From Vicinamibacteria bacterium (GTDB lineage: Bacteria; Acidobacteriota; Vicinamibacteria; Marinacidobacterales; Marinacidobacteraceae), in NCBI GenBank assembly GCA_964291235.2, contig OZ219815.1, positions 768,001 to 832,000 of the forward strand: DNA of 64,000 nucleotides. Reading direction: 5' to 3'. The notes under the pieces are model-generated. The model saw nothing but the letters and a program-made list of their open reading frames with translations. It had not been told where the DNA came from and ran no database searches. This document shows positions 20,572 through 30,600 of this stretch, piece by piece; position 1 is the stretch's first letter; each line of letters starts with the position of its first letter. The position numbers and the translations under genes were made by a program.

Positions 20572-22852
20572 GTGAACCGCTGGGTGGCAGCTTTCGCCGC
20601 GGCGCTCGTGGCGGGAGCCGCCGCCGCGGACACGCGCGTGACGGGCCAAGTGGTCATCGCCACCAGTGGAGCACCCGCCGCGGGCGCCGAAGTGGTGCTG
20701 GCGGAGTCGGGCCAACGCACCCATACCAATGGAGAGGGGCAGTTCGTCTTCGAGCAGGTGGACCCGGGCGCCGGCATCACCATTCACGTTCATCTCGGTC
20801 TGCTGGTCGGGGAATCGGTATTCGTTCCGGACCTCCCATCCGGGACTGAAATCGCGCTCCCCGACCCGATTCGCATCGCCTTTCTGGGTACCCGGCACGA
20901 ACACGTCACGGTGACCGCTGCCTCCGGTGAGCCCTCGGGGTTCGGAGTCTTCGGATCCGTGTCCTCTTTCGAGGATCTCGAGCTACTGGAGGGGGCTCCG
21001 AGCCTCGCCGAGCTGCTCGAAGGCACGCCCGGCGTCGCGATCCGCAGCCTCGGTCCGGGGCCTGCCCGCCCCATCATCCGGGGGTTCGACGGCGACCGGG
21101 TGCTGGTCACCGAAGACGGCGTGCGCACCGGAGACATCGGAAGCCAGGCCGCCGAGCAGGGAACGATCGCGGATCCCACCCAGGCGGAGCGGATCGAGGT
21201 CGTACGGGGGCCGGCGGCCCTCCTCTACGGGACCAACGCCGTCGGGGGGGTGGTGAACCTGGTCTCCATGGGTTCTCGGCTGGCGCACGGAGAGATCTCC
21301 GGATTCCAGGGCCGCGCCAGCGTCAGCGCGGCAAGCGCGGACGATGGGCGCTACGGCGGCGCGCGGGTCCGGACGGGCGGCGGGGGATGGTTCGCGTGGG
21401 GCGGCGGCAACACCCGGAGAACCGGTGACTACCGGTCGCCGGTGGGCCGCATCGCCGGCTCCCGGACCGCCCTCGGCCAGGGCGAGGCGGGTTTCGGGCT
21501 CCTGAGCGACCGCGCCTACCTCTCGGCCGGCGTCCGTCTCGACGACAGCGAGTACGGAGTGCCGCTCGCGGGAATGCTCCACGGCGCCGAGGCAGAAGAG
21601 CTCGAAACCGTGGACGTGGCGATGCAGCGACGCCAACTGCGCACCGATTTCGGACTCCGTGGCCTCGGAGACATCTTCGAATCGGCGGCGTTCACGGTGC
21701 GCTACAGCGCGTTCGGCCAGGACGAGATCGAGAAGGAGGGGGACGGCCCTCCCGAACTCGAAACCCACCACGACAACCGCTCGCTGGTCTTCCGGGGCGA
21801 GCTCGAACGATCCGCGGGCCGAATCCAGGGCCGGCTGGGCGGGTGGGCGAACCTGCGGGAGTTCACCTCGGCGGGTCCGGAGGCGCTGGCTCCCGATACC
21901 CGCCATACGGCGCTGGCCGCTTTCGCGCTGGGCGAACTCCAGGCCTCGGACCGCCTCAGCCTGCTGCTCGCCGCCCGGGTCGAGAACAACGCCTATGACG
22001 CTGATGACCGTCCGGAGCCGGGTGAAGCCGACGATGATGACGACGACGGGGCACCGGAGGAAGACGGAGACTTCGAACCGCCCGCGGTGGTGGACCGCGA
22101 GTTCCTGGGCATTTCGGCGAGCGCCGGGTTGCGAGTGGACCTGGGGGCGGAGAGCGCCCTCGTCGGCACGGCGACGGTCTCGACCCGCGCCCCGGCGCTG
22201 GAGGAGCTCTACAACTTCGGTCTCGATGCCGGCACCCAGGCCTTCGAGATCGGGAACCCGCTGCTGGAGGCGGAGCGTTCCCGCGGATTCGATCTGAGCC
22301 TCCGGCGCGACTCCGACACCTTCGCCGGCAGCGCCGGCGTCTTCTGGTACGGGATCGCGGGCTTCACCTACGGGGCGACGACCGGAGGCCGCGGCGGGGT
22401 GACGGTGATCTCGACGGAACAGGCCGATGCGCGGCATCTCGGTTTTCGAGGTGGACGGACGGGTGCGGCTCGGGGCCGCCGATCTCACCGCGAGCGCTTC
22501 CCGGGTCGATGCGAGGTTCCCCGAACTGGGACAGCACGCGCCGCGGATTCCGCCGCTGAGCGGTCAGGTGGCGCTGGACCTTCCGGTGGGGGGCCTGCGA
22601 ATCGCGCCGCGGCTGCGGTGGGCCGCCCGTATGGATCGCCTCTACGCCGGGGAGACGCCCACGGACGGGTACACGGTCCTCGACCTGACGGTCTCCTGGC
22701 TGCTCCTCACCGGGAACGCGACCCACCACGTCTCGGTGGTGGGCCACAACCTGACGGACGCCGTGTACCGGCACCACACCTCGGTGATCAAGAACGTGGC
22801 GCCGCAGGTGGGACGGGGAGTGCGGGTCAGCTATTCGGTCCGGTTCTTCTAG
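20572..22852 (+). pseudogene. ZnuD-like TonB-dependent receptor with a +1 frameshift near 22445 (pseudogene or sequencing error)
   Basis: ARPIIRGFDGDRV, IEVVRGPAALLYG plug motifs. ORF 20572 loses similarity to the 24877 paralog at GGTTTTCGAG (paralog GGATTCGAG); the other frame resumes FEVDG...VSYSVRFF*. Confidence 0.88.
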
Positions 22853-23210
22853 AGCGGATTTCTCATACTCACGGCCAGCCAGGTCCGTCCCGCCGCCCGC
22901 CTGCGGCGGGCTGTGCCGGCCTGGAGGCCGGCGTTCCCGTGCCTCCGTGACGTCAGCGCTGGGGGGATTCCGTCCCGCCGCCCGCCTGCGGCGGGCTGTG
23001 CCGGCCTGGAGGCCGGCGTTCCCGTGCCTCCGTGACGTCAGCGCTGGGGGGATTCCGTCCCGCCGCCCGCCTGCGGCGGGCTGTGCCGGCCTGGAGGCCG
23101 GCGTTCCCATGCCTGCACGACGTCAGGGCTGGGGGGATTCCGGCCTGCCGCCCGCTTGCGGCGGGCTGTGCCGGCCTGGAGGCCGGCGCTCCGACTCGGT
23201 CCGGCTCTAG
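22849..23210. repeat. Family A-derived element holding ~3.6 tandem copies of an 85-bp REP-containing unit
   Basis: Units start at 22885, 22970, 23055 and 23140; the first two are identical; bounded by CTAG at 22849 and 23207; the left end carries the family A TIR (GGATTTCTCATACTC). Confidence 0.87.
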
Positions 23211-23274
23211 AGCGACAGCCCAGTCGCCTGCTCCCCGTGCGAGTGTTAGCATCGCTGGCTACAGATTCTCCGCG

Positions 23275-23553
23275 ATGAAGCGCATCGGCCTCCTCCCCAG
23301 GTTCCTGGCGGCGGCTGCCGTGTTGGCGTTGCTGTTCGCGGTTCCGATCGGGGTGCTCGCGCACGAGCATTCCGATCAGGGCGAATCGCAGTGCCGGATC
23401 TGCAAGGTCTCCGGGTCGGAAGCCGCCGTCTTCAACGACGGACCCTCGCTGCAGGCTCCCGCGAGCGATGCCGGACTCCACATCCGTGGAGTTCAGCTCG
23501 TTCCGGATGAGCCGGCCGCGGTCCCCGGAGCGCCCCGCGCACCGCCCGCCTGA
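23275..23553 (+). CDS. DUF2946/CruR-like leader protein (TM/signal, HxH, CxxC, C-terminal RAPP), 92 aa
   Basis: MKRIG...VLAHEHSD..SQCRIC...PGAPRAPPA*; ends 92 nt upstream of a TonB receptor start. Confidence 0.82.
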   Translation: MKRIGLLPRFLAAAAVLALLFAVPIGVLAHEHSDQGESQCRICKVSGSEAAVFNDGPSLQAPASDAGLHIRGVQLVPDEPAAVPGAPRAPPA

Positions 23554-23645
23554 GGGTCGGCACCCAGGTCGCGAACCGTTCGGCCCCGTCGGCGGCCTCT
23601 GAACGTTCGGTTCCTCCGCACCCGAAGCCCTCAGGAGGTTCCACC

Positions 23646-24128
23646 GTGCTGCGCAATCGCTCCGCTTCCTCGATGGATCACGGGGAAGCGGGAGTCGGGT
23701 TTCCTGGCGACCGCTTCTGGTTTTCCGGCAGCGCGCGGCTGGACGACTCCCGGTACGGCGTTCCCTTCACGGGTGAATTCCATGGTGCGCGCGGGCATGA
23801 AGAAGAGGGCGAATACCACGACGAGCAGGAGGGAGGGCACCACCACGCAGAAGAGGAAGGAGGCGAACGCCACGACGAAGAGGAGTTGTCGTTGGTGGAC
23901 GTCGCCATGAACCGGCGCCAGTTGCGCACCGATTTCGGAATACGGAACTTGGGGACCGTCTTCGATGAAGCCGAAATCACCGTGCGCTACAGCGACTACG
24001 GCCAGGGTGAAATCGAAACCCCGGCCGCTGGCGGTCCGGAAGAAGTCGCAACCCACTTCGACAATCGTTCCGTCGTACTCCGGGGCGAGCTGAAGAAGCC
24101 GGCTGGCAGGGTCACCGGCCGGATGGGA
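23646..24128 (+). pseudogene. Internally deleted and truncated ZnuD-like TonB receptor with a His/Glu-rich loop
   Basis: GTG-LRNR start matches the paralog's MRNR and jumps straight to the SM..GEAG.G region (about 25820 in the paralog); similarity ends at the MITE at 24129. Confidence 0.85.
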
Positions 24129-24314
24129 CTAGCAGCCTGTGGTGAAACCCCGGTGAGCGCCGAAAGTGGCGAGGCGTCCGGCTGACAAGGCGCGTGAGGG
24201 AGGAATACCGGGTGTATTGCGACCGAAACGCAACGATGAGCGCCGCAAGCGGCGCGGTTCAGACGGGATGCATCGCCGCTTGAACGCCGCGGGGGTTTTG
24301 CCACAGGCTGCTAG
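24129..24314. mobile_element. MITE family C (186 bp including CTAG ends)
   Basis: CTAGCAGCCTGTGGTGAAACCCC ... GGGGTTTTGCCACAGGCTGCTAG: 23-bp TIR with 2 mismatches; no coding capacity. Confidence 0.85.
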
Positions 24315-24504
24315 GGCTCAGGCGCCTTCACGCTGTCCGTGCGGTTGGAGTCCGCCCCTGACGCATGTCTCCCGACCTCATCAGCAGGTTGGTGGATCTG
24401 CGCGGCAACTCGGGCCATGGGAGTGAGAGATCCCGGCCAGGGATGACGCAGTCGCGTTGCGCCGCGTGCGGGCGTTAGCATGGTCGGTTGCAGGTCCACA
24501 CGCA

Positions 24505-24783
24505 GTGAAGCACAACGGCCGTCCTTCCAGATTCCTGGTGGCGGCAGCGGTTTTCGCGCTCCTGCTCGCGGCCCCGCTCGGGGTGCTCGCGCACGAGGAT
24601 TCCGATCAAGCGGATTCACAGTGCCGGATCTGCAATGCCTCCGGGGTGGAAACCGCTGTCTTCCACGACGGCCCCGCGCTGCCGACTCCAGAAAGCGGCG
24701 CCGGACCCCACAGCAATGGGGTTCAGCTCGTTCCGGATCCGCCCGCCACGGCTCCCGGGGCGCCCCGCGCACCACCCTCCTGA
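24505..24783 (+). CDS. DUF2946/CruR-like leader protein, copy 2 (CxxC, C-terminal RAPP), 92 aa
   Basis: GTG start; ...VLAHEDSD..SQCRIC...PGAPRAPPS*; same length as copy 1; ends 93 nt upstream of the intact receptor. Confidence 0.82.
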   Translation: MKHNGRPSRFLVAAAVFALLLAAPLGVLAHEDSDQADSQCRICNASGVETAVFHDGPALPTPESGAGPHSNGVQLVPDPPATAPGAPRAPPS

Positions 24784-24876
24784 CGGTCGGCACTCCCAGT
24801 CGGGAACCGCTCGGCCCCGTCGGCGGCCTCTGAACGTCCGGTTCCTCCGTCTCCAGAGACCACCGGAGGTTCCACC
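24784..24876 (+). promoter_or_regulatory. Conserved structured spacer with anti-SD (putative translational attenuator); paralog at 23554-23645
   Basis: CCTCCG can pair with the SD CGGAGG; an overlapping alternative helix GGAACCG/CGGTTCC is present; both are retained in the two copies. Confidence 0.55.
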
Positions 24877-27183
24877 GTGATGCGGAATCGCGTCCTTTCC
24901 TCTCCTCTTCTCCGTTCCCTCCGGCGGGCTGGTGTGCTCGCCGGCTGCCTCACCTTCGCGACCGCCGCCGGGGCTCATCCGACGATCTCGGGCACGGTGG
25001 TCATCGCCGAAACCGGGGAACCGGCGCACGACGCCGAAGTCCTGCTGATCCAGACCGGCCAGGTCGTCCATACCGACGACGACGGCCGCTTCGCGTTCGC
25101 GGACGTGGACCACATCGGTTCCGTCACGATCCACGTGGATCTCGGCTTCCTCAGCGCCGTCCGCACCGTGGTGATCGACGCTGCACAGGAGGAGGACTTC
25201 GAAATCGGCGAGCCCATCGTCCTCGGGGCGCGGCACCGGATGCACGAACGGGTCACGGTCAGCGCTTCGGCCAGCGATTCGTCGCCGTTCCAGGCTTTCG
25301 GTTCGGTGCACTCCCTGGAGGGACTTGACCTTCAGAACGAGTCGGCGCGCAACCTCGCGGAGTTGCTGGAGAGCACCACCGGGGTGGCGATGCGCAGTTT
25401 CGGACCCGGCTCGGCGCGCCCGATCGTGCGCGGCTTCGACGGGGACCGGGTGCTCATCATGGAGGACGGCGTGAGGACCAGTGATCTGGGCAGCCAGTCA
25501 GCGGACCACGGAGTTCCGGTGGACCCGCTTCAGGCCGAACGGGTCGAGGTCGTGCGGGGACCGGCGACGCTGCTCTACGGGTCGAACGCCATCGGCGGCG
25601 CCGTGAACGTGATTTCCATGGCGTCCCACCTGGCGCACTCACCGCCGCCCGGATTCCGGGGGCAGGCCAACCTCGACTACTCGACCGCCGACGAGGGCAT
25701 CAGGGGAGGCGTTCGCGCCCAGACGTCCGGCGCGGGCTGGTTCGCCTGGGGCGGGGGCAACTCGAACCGGACCCAGGACTACAACTCCCCCGCCGGGGTG
25801 GTCGAGAACTCGGGAGGTTCCATGACGCAGGGAGAGGCGGGGCTCGGCCTCTTCGGCGAGCGCGCCTGGATCTCGGGTAGCGTGCGCATGGACGACTCCC
25901 GCTACGGCGTTCCGTTCGCGGGAGACTTCCACGGGGCCAGCCACGCGGGGCACGACCACGGACCGGTCGAGGACGAGGGGGAACTGTCCGTAGACGTCAC
26001 GATGGACCGGCGGCAGGTCCGCACGGACTTCGGGCTCCGCGACCTCGGATTCCTGTTCGACGAGGCGGAATTCACGGTCCGGTACAGCGACTACGACCAG
26101 GACGAGGTCGAGGCCTTCGCGGGCAGTGGAACGGAATTCGTCGCGACCCACTTCGACAACCGATCCGTCGTCCTCCGCGGTGAGCTCAAGAAGCCCGCCG
26201 GCCGGGTGCAAAGCCGGGTCGGGGTCTGGGGACACCTGCGGGAGTACGAGGCATACGGGGAAGAGGCCCTGGCGCCCCGCACGGACCAAAACGCGCTCGC
26301 GGCCTTCACCTACAACGAAATCAAGGCGAACGAAGGACTCGATCTGCTGCTCGGAGCGCGCGTCGAGCGAAACGCCTACGACGTCGGGGAAGACAGCAAC
26401 CCGCTCCGCCCGGCGGCAGTGATGGACCGCGACTTCCTCGGCACCTCGGCGAGCGCCGGAGCCCGCCTCGCGCTGGGTGATTCCACTGCGGTGGTCGCTG
26501 TCGCCAGCCTCGCCACCCGGACGCCCTCGCTGGAGGAGCTCTACAACTTCGGCCCCCACGTCGGGAACCTGGCGTTCGAGATCGGCGATCCCCGACTCGA
26601 CCCGGAACGGTCGCGGGGGTTCGACCTGAGCCTCCGGCAGAGTTCGGAAGCGCTCACCGGGAGCGTCAGCGCCTTCCGCTACGACATCGCCGACTTCATT
26701 TTCGGAGAGGCTCGCGAAGGAATGATCAGCGGGCTGCCCGTCCTCGTATTCCTGCAGTCGGACGCGATCTACCAGGGATTCGAGGTCGAGGGACACCTGA
26801 GCCTCGGCGACGCCGAGCTGGTGGCGAACGCCGCCTACGTGGACGCCAAACTCAGCACCGGTGAGTACGTCCCGCGCATCCCCCCGCTCGGCGGACAGGT
26901 GAAGCTGGATGTCCCGGTCGGCAAGCTGCGCCTCGCTCCCCGGATGCGCTGGGCGGCGCGCATGGATCGCCTGTTTCGGGGCGAGACGGCGACCGACGGC
27001 TACGCCCTGTTCGACTTCACCGCCTCCTACGTGTTCGTCGGAGGGCACGTGACGCACAACATCTCGCTCCGCGGCTACAACCTAACCGACGCCGAATACC
27101 GGCACCACACCTCGCTGATCAAGGACCTGGCCGCCCAGATGGGCCGGGGCTTCCGGGTCAGCTATTCGCTCAGGTTCTTCTAG
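24877..27183 (+). CDS. ZnuD-like TonB-dependent receptor (intact) with His-rich loop
   Basis: N-terminal carboxypeptidase-like domain, plug motifs, HGASHAGHDHG loop, C-terminal YSLRFF. Confidence 0.92.
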   Translation: MMRNRVLSSPLLRSLRRAGVLAGCLTFATAAGAHPTISGTVVIAETGEPAHDAEVLLIQTGQVVHTDDDGRFAFADVDHIGSVTIHVDLGFLSAVRTVVIDAAQEEDFEIGEPIVLGARHRMHERVTVSASASDSSPFQAFGSVHSLEGLDLQNESARNLAELLESTTGVAMRSFGPGSARPIVRGFDGDRVLIMEDGVRTSDLGSQSADHGVPVDPLQAERVEVVRGPATLLYGSNAIGGAVNVISMASHLAHSPPPGFRGQANLDYSTADEGIRGGVRAQTSGAGWFAWGGGNSNRTQDYNSPAGVVENSGGSMTQGEAGLGLFGERAWISGSVRMDDSRYGVPFAGDFHGASHAGHDHGPVEDEGELSVDVTMDRRQVRTDFGLRDLGFLFDEAEFTVRYSDYDQDEVEAFAGSGTEFVATHFDNRSVVLRGELKKPAGRVQSRVGVWGHLREYEAYGEEALAPRTDQNALAAFTYNEIKANEGLDLLLGARVERNAYDVGEDSNPLRPAAVMDRDFLGTSASAGARLALGDSTAVVAVASLATRTPSLEELYNFGPHVGNLAFEIGDPRLDPERSRGFDLSLRQSSEALTGSVSAFRYDIADFIFGEAREGMISGLPVLVFLQSDAIYQGFEVEGHLSLGDAELVANAAYVDAKLSTGEYVPRIPPLGGQVKLDVPVGKLRLAPRMRWAARMDRLFRGETATDGYALFDFTASYVFVGGHVTHNISLRGYNLTDAEYRHHTSLIKDLAAQMGRGFRVSYSLRFF

Positions 27184-27194
27184 AGGAACGCGTG

Positions 27195-27635
27195 GAGCGC
27201 CGGCCTCCGGCCGGCATCGCGGCCGCAGGCCGCGAAACTCCCAGACCCAGTGGTCCCCGATGACGCCGGCCCAAACGGGGACGGCGCATCGTCACACTGC
27301 CGCATAGGAGCGCCGGCTTCCAGCCGGCATCGCGGCCGCGGGCCGCGAAACTCCCCTCGCTGATGTTCCCTGCCGCACCGCAGCCCAACTCCGTGGCGCA
27401 ACGCGACTCAGGCGGACGAAGAGCGTCGCGCCGTCCCCGTTTGGGTTGGCGCCGTCAAGGCTGACTGAGTCTGGGAGTTTCGCCTCGCTGCGCTCGGCGA
27501 TGCCAGCCAGAGGCTGGCGCTCCTTGGCACGTGGGGGGCCTCGCCGTCACGGACAGCGTCCGGGCCGTGGGGAACGAACAGGTTCGGGCGTTTCGCTCCC
27601 CGGTGGGGAGCGATGCCGGCCGGAGGCCGGCGCTC
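27195..27635. repeat. REP/REPIN-like cluster (family B) between convergent receptor genes
   Basis: Four GGAGCGCCGGCCT..GGCCGGCATCGC-type palindromes, two in each orientation, with GCGAAACTCCC arms. Confidence 0.85.
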
Positions 27636-27639
27636 CAAC

Positions 27640-30600
27640 CTAGAACCGCAGGCTGATTCCTACCTGCCCCCGCCGGGTATCGCCGAGCCCGCTGCGGAGC
27701 GATCCGTCGAAGTTGAAGAGCAGCGATCCGGTGTGGCTGTCCAGGAAGTTGTCGGAACCGGTGAGATTGAAGACCTCGAGGATCGGCTCGACGGTGGCGC
27801 CGTTCGGCAACGTGAAGGCGCGTGAGATCCTGAGATCCCAGGTGAAGAACTCGTTGTCGCGCCGCAGCGTGTTCCGGGTCAGGATGGATCCATCGGCGCA
27901 GATGCGGTCCGAGGGCTGATCCGCCCGTTGGCCCGGGCGCGCGCACGCCTCGGAGGCGGGGGAGGCCGACAGGTAGCGGAACACGTTGTTCCAGCTCAGG
28001 TCGCCCGGCAGGGTGATGAGCAGGTAGCCGCTCACCTGGTGGCGGCGGTCGCGGTCCGACCAGCCGAACTCGGGGCCCAGGTTCGAGGCATCTGCGTAAC
28101 GGAAGGTGAAGGGATCGCGCTCGTTGTCGTCGTCCGAGCGATCGAAGGCGAGGGTGTAGTGCGTCTCGAAGGTCAGCGGCCGGTTCCCGAGCGAGCTCCA
28201 GCCGCGGAGCCCGATGGTGAGCGCCCGGTAGCGCGAGCGGGCGCTGCTCTCGGCGACGGTGAGGGCGTTGATGCCGCCGCCGGAGGGGTGGGTGCCAATC
28301 CCGAACGGCGCGCCGAAGGCGGCGTCGTTGCGGTTCACGAACCGGAAGAGCTGGTCGGTCCGGGCATAGACGAAGTTGGCGCTCGCCGCCATCCCGCGAC
28401 CCAGGTCCCGATCCAGCCCGAGACTGAAGGACCAGGTCCGCGGCAGCTCGAGGTTCCGGTCGGCAACCTGGATGTCCGGCAGGAACGGGGGCGTGGTCGA
28501 AGCGTCGAGCTGCCGGTCGATCTCGGGGACCGGACCGAGGAAGGTGTCGGCGCTGCTGCGGAACAGGGTCTGCTGGAAGGCGCCGTTCGTGGAGCGGTGC
28601 TGGGCGAAGACCAGCATCGGGATCCGCGAGACGTAGGAGCCGGCTGCCGCGCGAGCCACGGTGCGGCCGTCGCCGGCGAGATCCCAGGCCACCCCGAGGC
28701 GCGGCTGCAGATTGTCGAGGTCGTTCGGGATCCGCCCGTCCGACGGGAACGCCGGGTCGTCGAGATAGGGCGCGAAGAAGGTGTCTTCCGGTTCGACGAA
28801 GACGTCGGGATGCCAGGTCCCGTCCCAGCGGAGTCCCAGATCCAGCGTGACGCGTTCGCCGGGGTGCCAGGTGTCCTGCAAGAACAGGCCGACCTCATGC
28901 ATGGTTGCCTGCTGGAGCCCGAGCTCGGCCGCGGGGATGCCGGGGACCGTCGCCGATTGCAGGTAGAGAAGCACCGGGCCGGTGATCGCCGCGCCTTCCG
29001 GACAGGCGCCGGCGGTGCCCGCGGACCCGTCCGAGCAGTGCACGTAGCCGCTGCCGTGGGTGACGAAGCCGACGAATCCCTCGACCGAATCGAAGATGTA
29101 GCGGCTGTTCGCCATCCCGATGAACTGCTGCTCCACCCGGGTGCGGTTGTATTCGACCCCGGCCTTGAAGAGATGGGCGCCGGTGGCGTAGGACAGGTTG
29201 TCCACGAGCTGGAACCGATCGTCGGAGCCCGGATCGATGGGCAGGAAGAACGGGAGCCCGATCCGGAAACCGTCGGCGAAGTCCATGGCGATGTCCGGGA
29301 ACGGCCGGCCGCCGAGGCGGTCGAACTGGGGCTGGCCGGGATGCTCGGCTCCCGGCAGGAGCGGGCCGTCGTACCAGCGCGGCCGATCCTCCCGGGCCCA
29401 CTGGATCCGCAACTCGTTCGAGAGCGCGTTGGTGAGCAGCGAGCGGAGGCTCCCGTTCACCGCGTGGGAGTGGTCGCCCTCGATGCCGTTCGCCGAACTG
29501 CCCCAGGAGTCCACGTCGAAGGTGCCGTTCACCTGTTCCGACCAGGTGTAGTTGTATTTGAGCGAGGCCTGGTGGCGGCCGCTCAGGTTGAAGTCCAGCT
29601 TGGCGAGGAGCGACCGGGCGTCGTCGGTGCGGCGGATGGGCCCGAACTCGCCGTCGAAGAGACCGGGCCAACGGGACTGGAGGAAGGCGTCGAGGCGTTC
29701 CAGGTTCGCCGGGTTCGCGACGCGGCGGGTGGTCTGCTTGGTCTCGGATGCCCCCTGCTGGTCGTAGGCCAGGAAGAAGAACGCCCGGTCGCGGGCGAGC
29801 GGGCCCCCGACGGTGGCCCCGAACTGGTTCCGCCCGAAGTCCGGTTTTCCGCCGCCCCGGTCGGCGGAGTACTCGGCCGCGATCTCGTCCCACTGGCCGA
29901 AGTAGTGGCCCGAGCCGCCGAGGTCGTTGGTCCCCGATTTGGTGATGACGTTGATGAAACCGCCCGCCGAGCGGCCGAACTCCGCGGGAGCGCCCTGGTT
30001 CACGATGACCAGCTCGCCGATGGCGTCCTGATTGAAGGTGAACGCGGACCGCTGGCCACCGCGCTGCTCCCCGAAGAAGGGGTTGTTGAAGTCGGCGCCG
30101 TCCACGATGAAGTTGTTGAAGATGCCGCGCTGGCCGTTGATATTGAGCTCGTCGCCGTCAGGACCCTGAGAGATGGAGGCGCCCGGGGTGAGGAGGGTCA
30201 GATCCACGAAGTTGCGGCCGTTGCTCGGCACCGCGTCCACGACCTCTTCGGTGAGGCGCTGGGAGCGGGTGAAGTCGGTGGTTTCGATCGGGGACGGCAG
30301 TTCGCCGAAAACGGTCACCGTTTCGGTGGCCACGATCCGGAGATCGAGGTGGAAGTGGAGCACCTCGCCCACTCGCAGGATCGCGCCTTCGATGCGCTCG
30401 GCCCCGAATTCTCCGGCGGCGGTCACGGTGAGGTCATAGGTGCCCGGGGGCAGCAGACTGCGGACGAACTTCCCGTCGGGGGACGTCTCGACCGTCGTGG
30501 CCAGATCGGTGCCGCGGTGCTGGATCAGGACGATTGCCGCCGGAACCGGATTGCCGAGCGGATCGCTCACCTCGCCGCGAATGACGCCGGTGGTGGTCCC

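Noticed and set aside
22440-22450. Programmed frameshift or phase variation in receptor copy 1
   Set aside because: Only a T4 run with no slippery heptamer or long SSR; a simple indel or sequencing error is more likely.
22885-23192. Regularly spaced palindromic repeats resembling a CRISPR array
   Set aside because: The intervening sequences are identical or near-identical rather than unique spacers, the unit matches the REP/MITE family found elsewhere, and there are no cas genes in the window.
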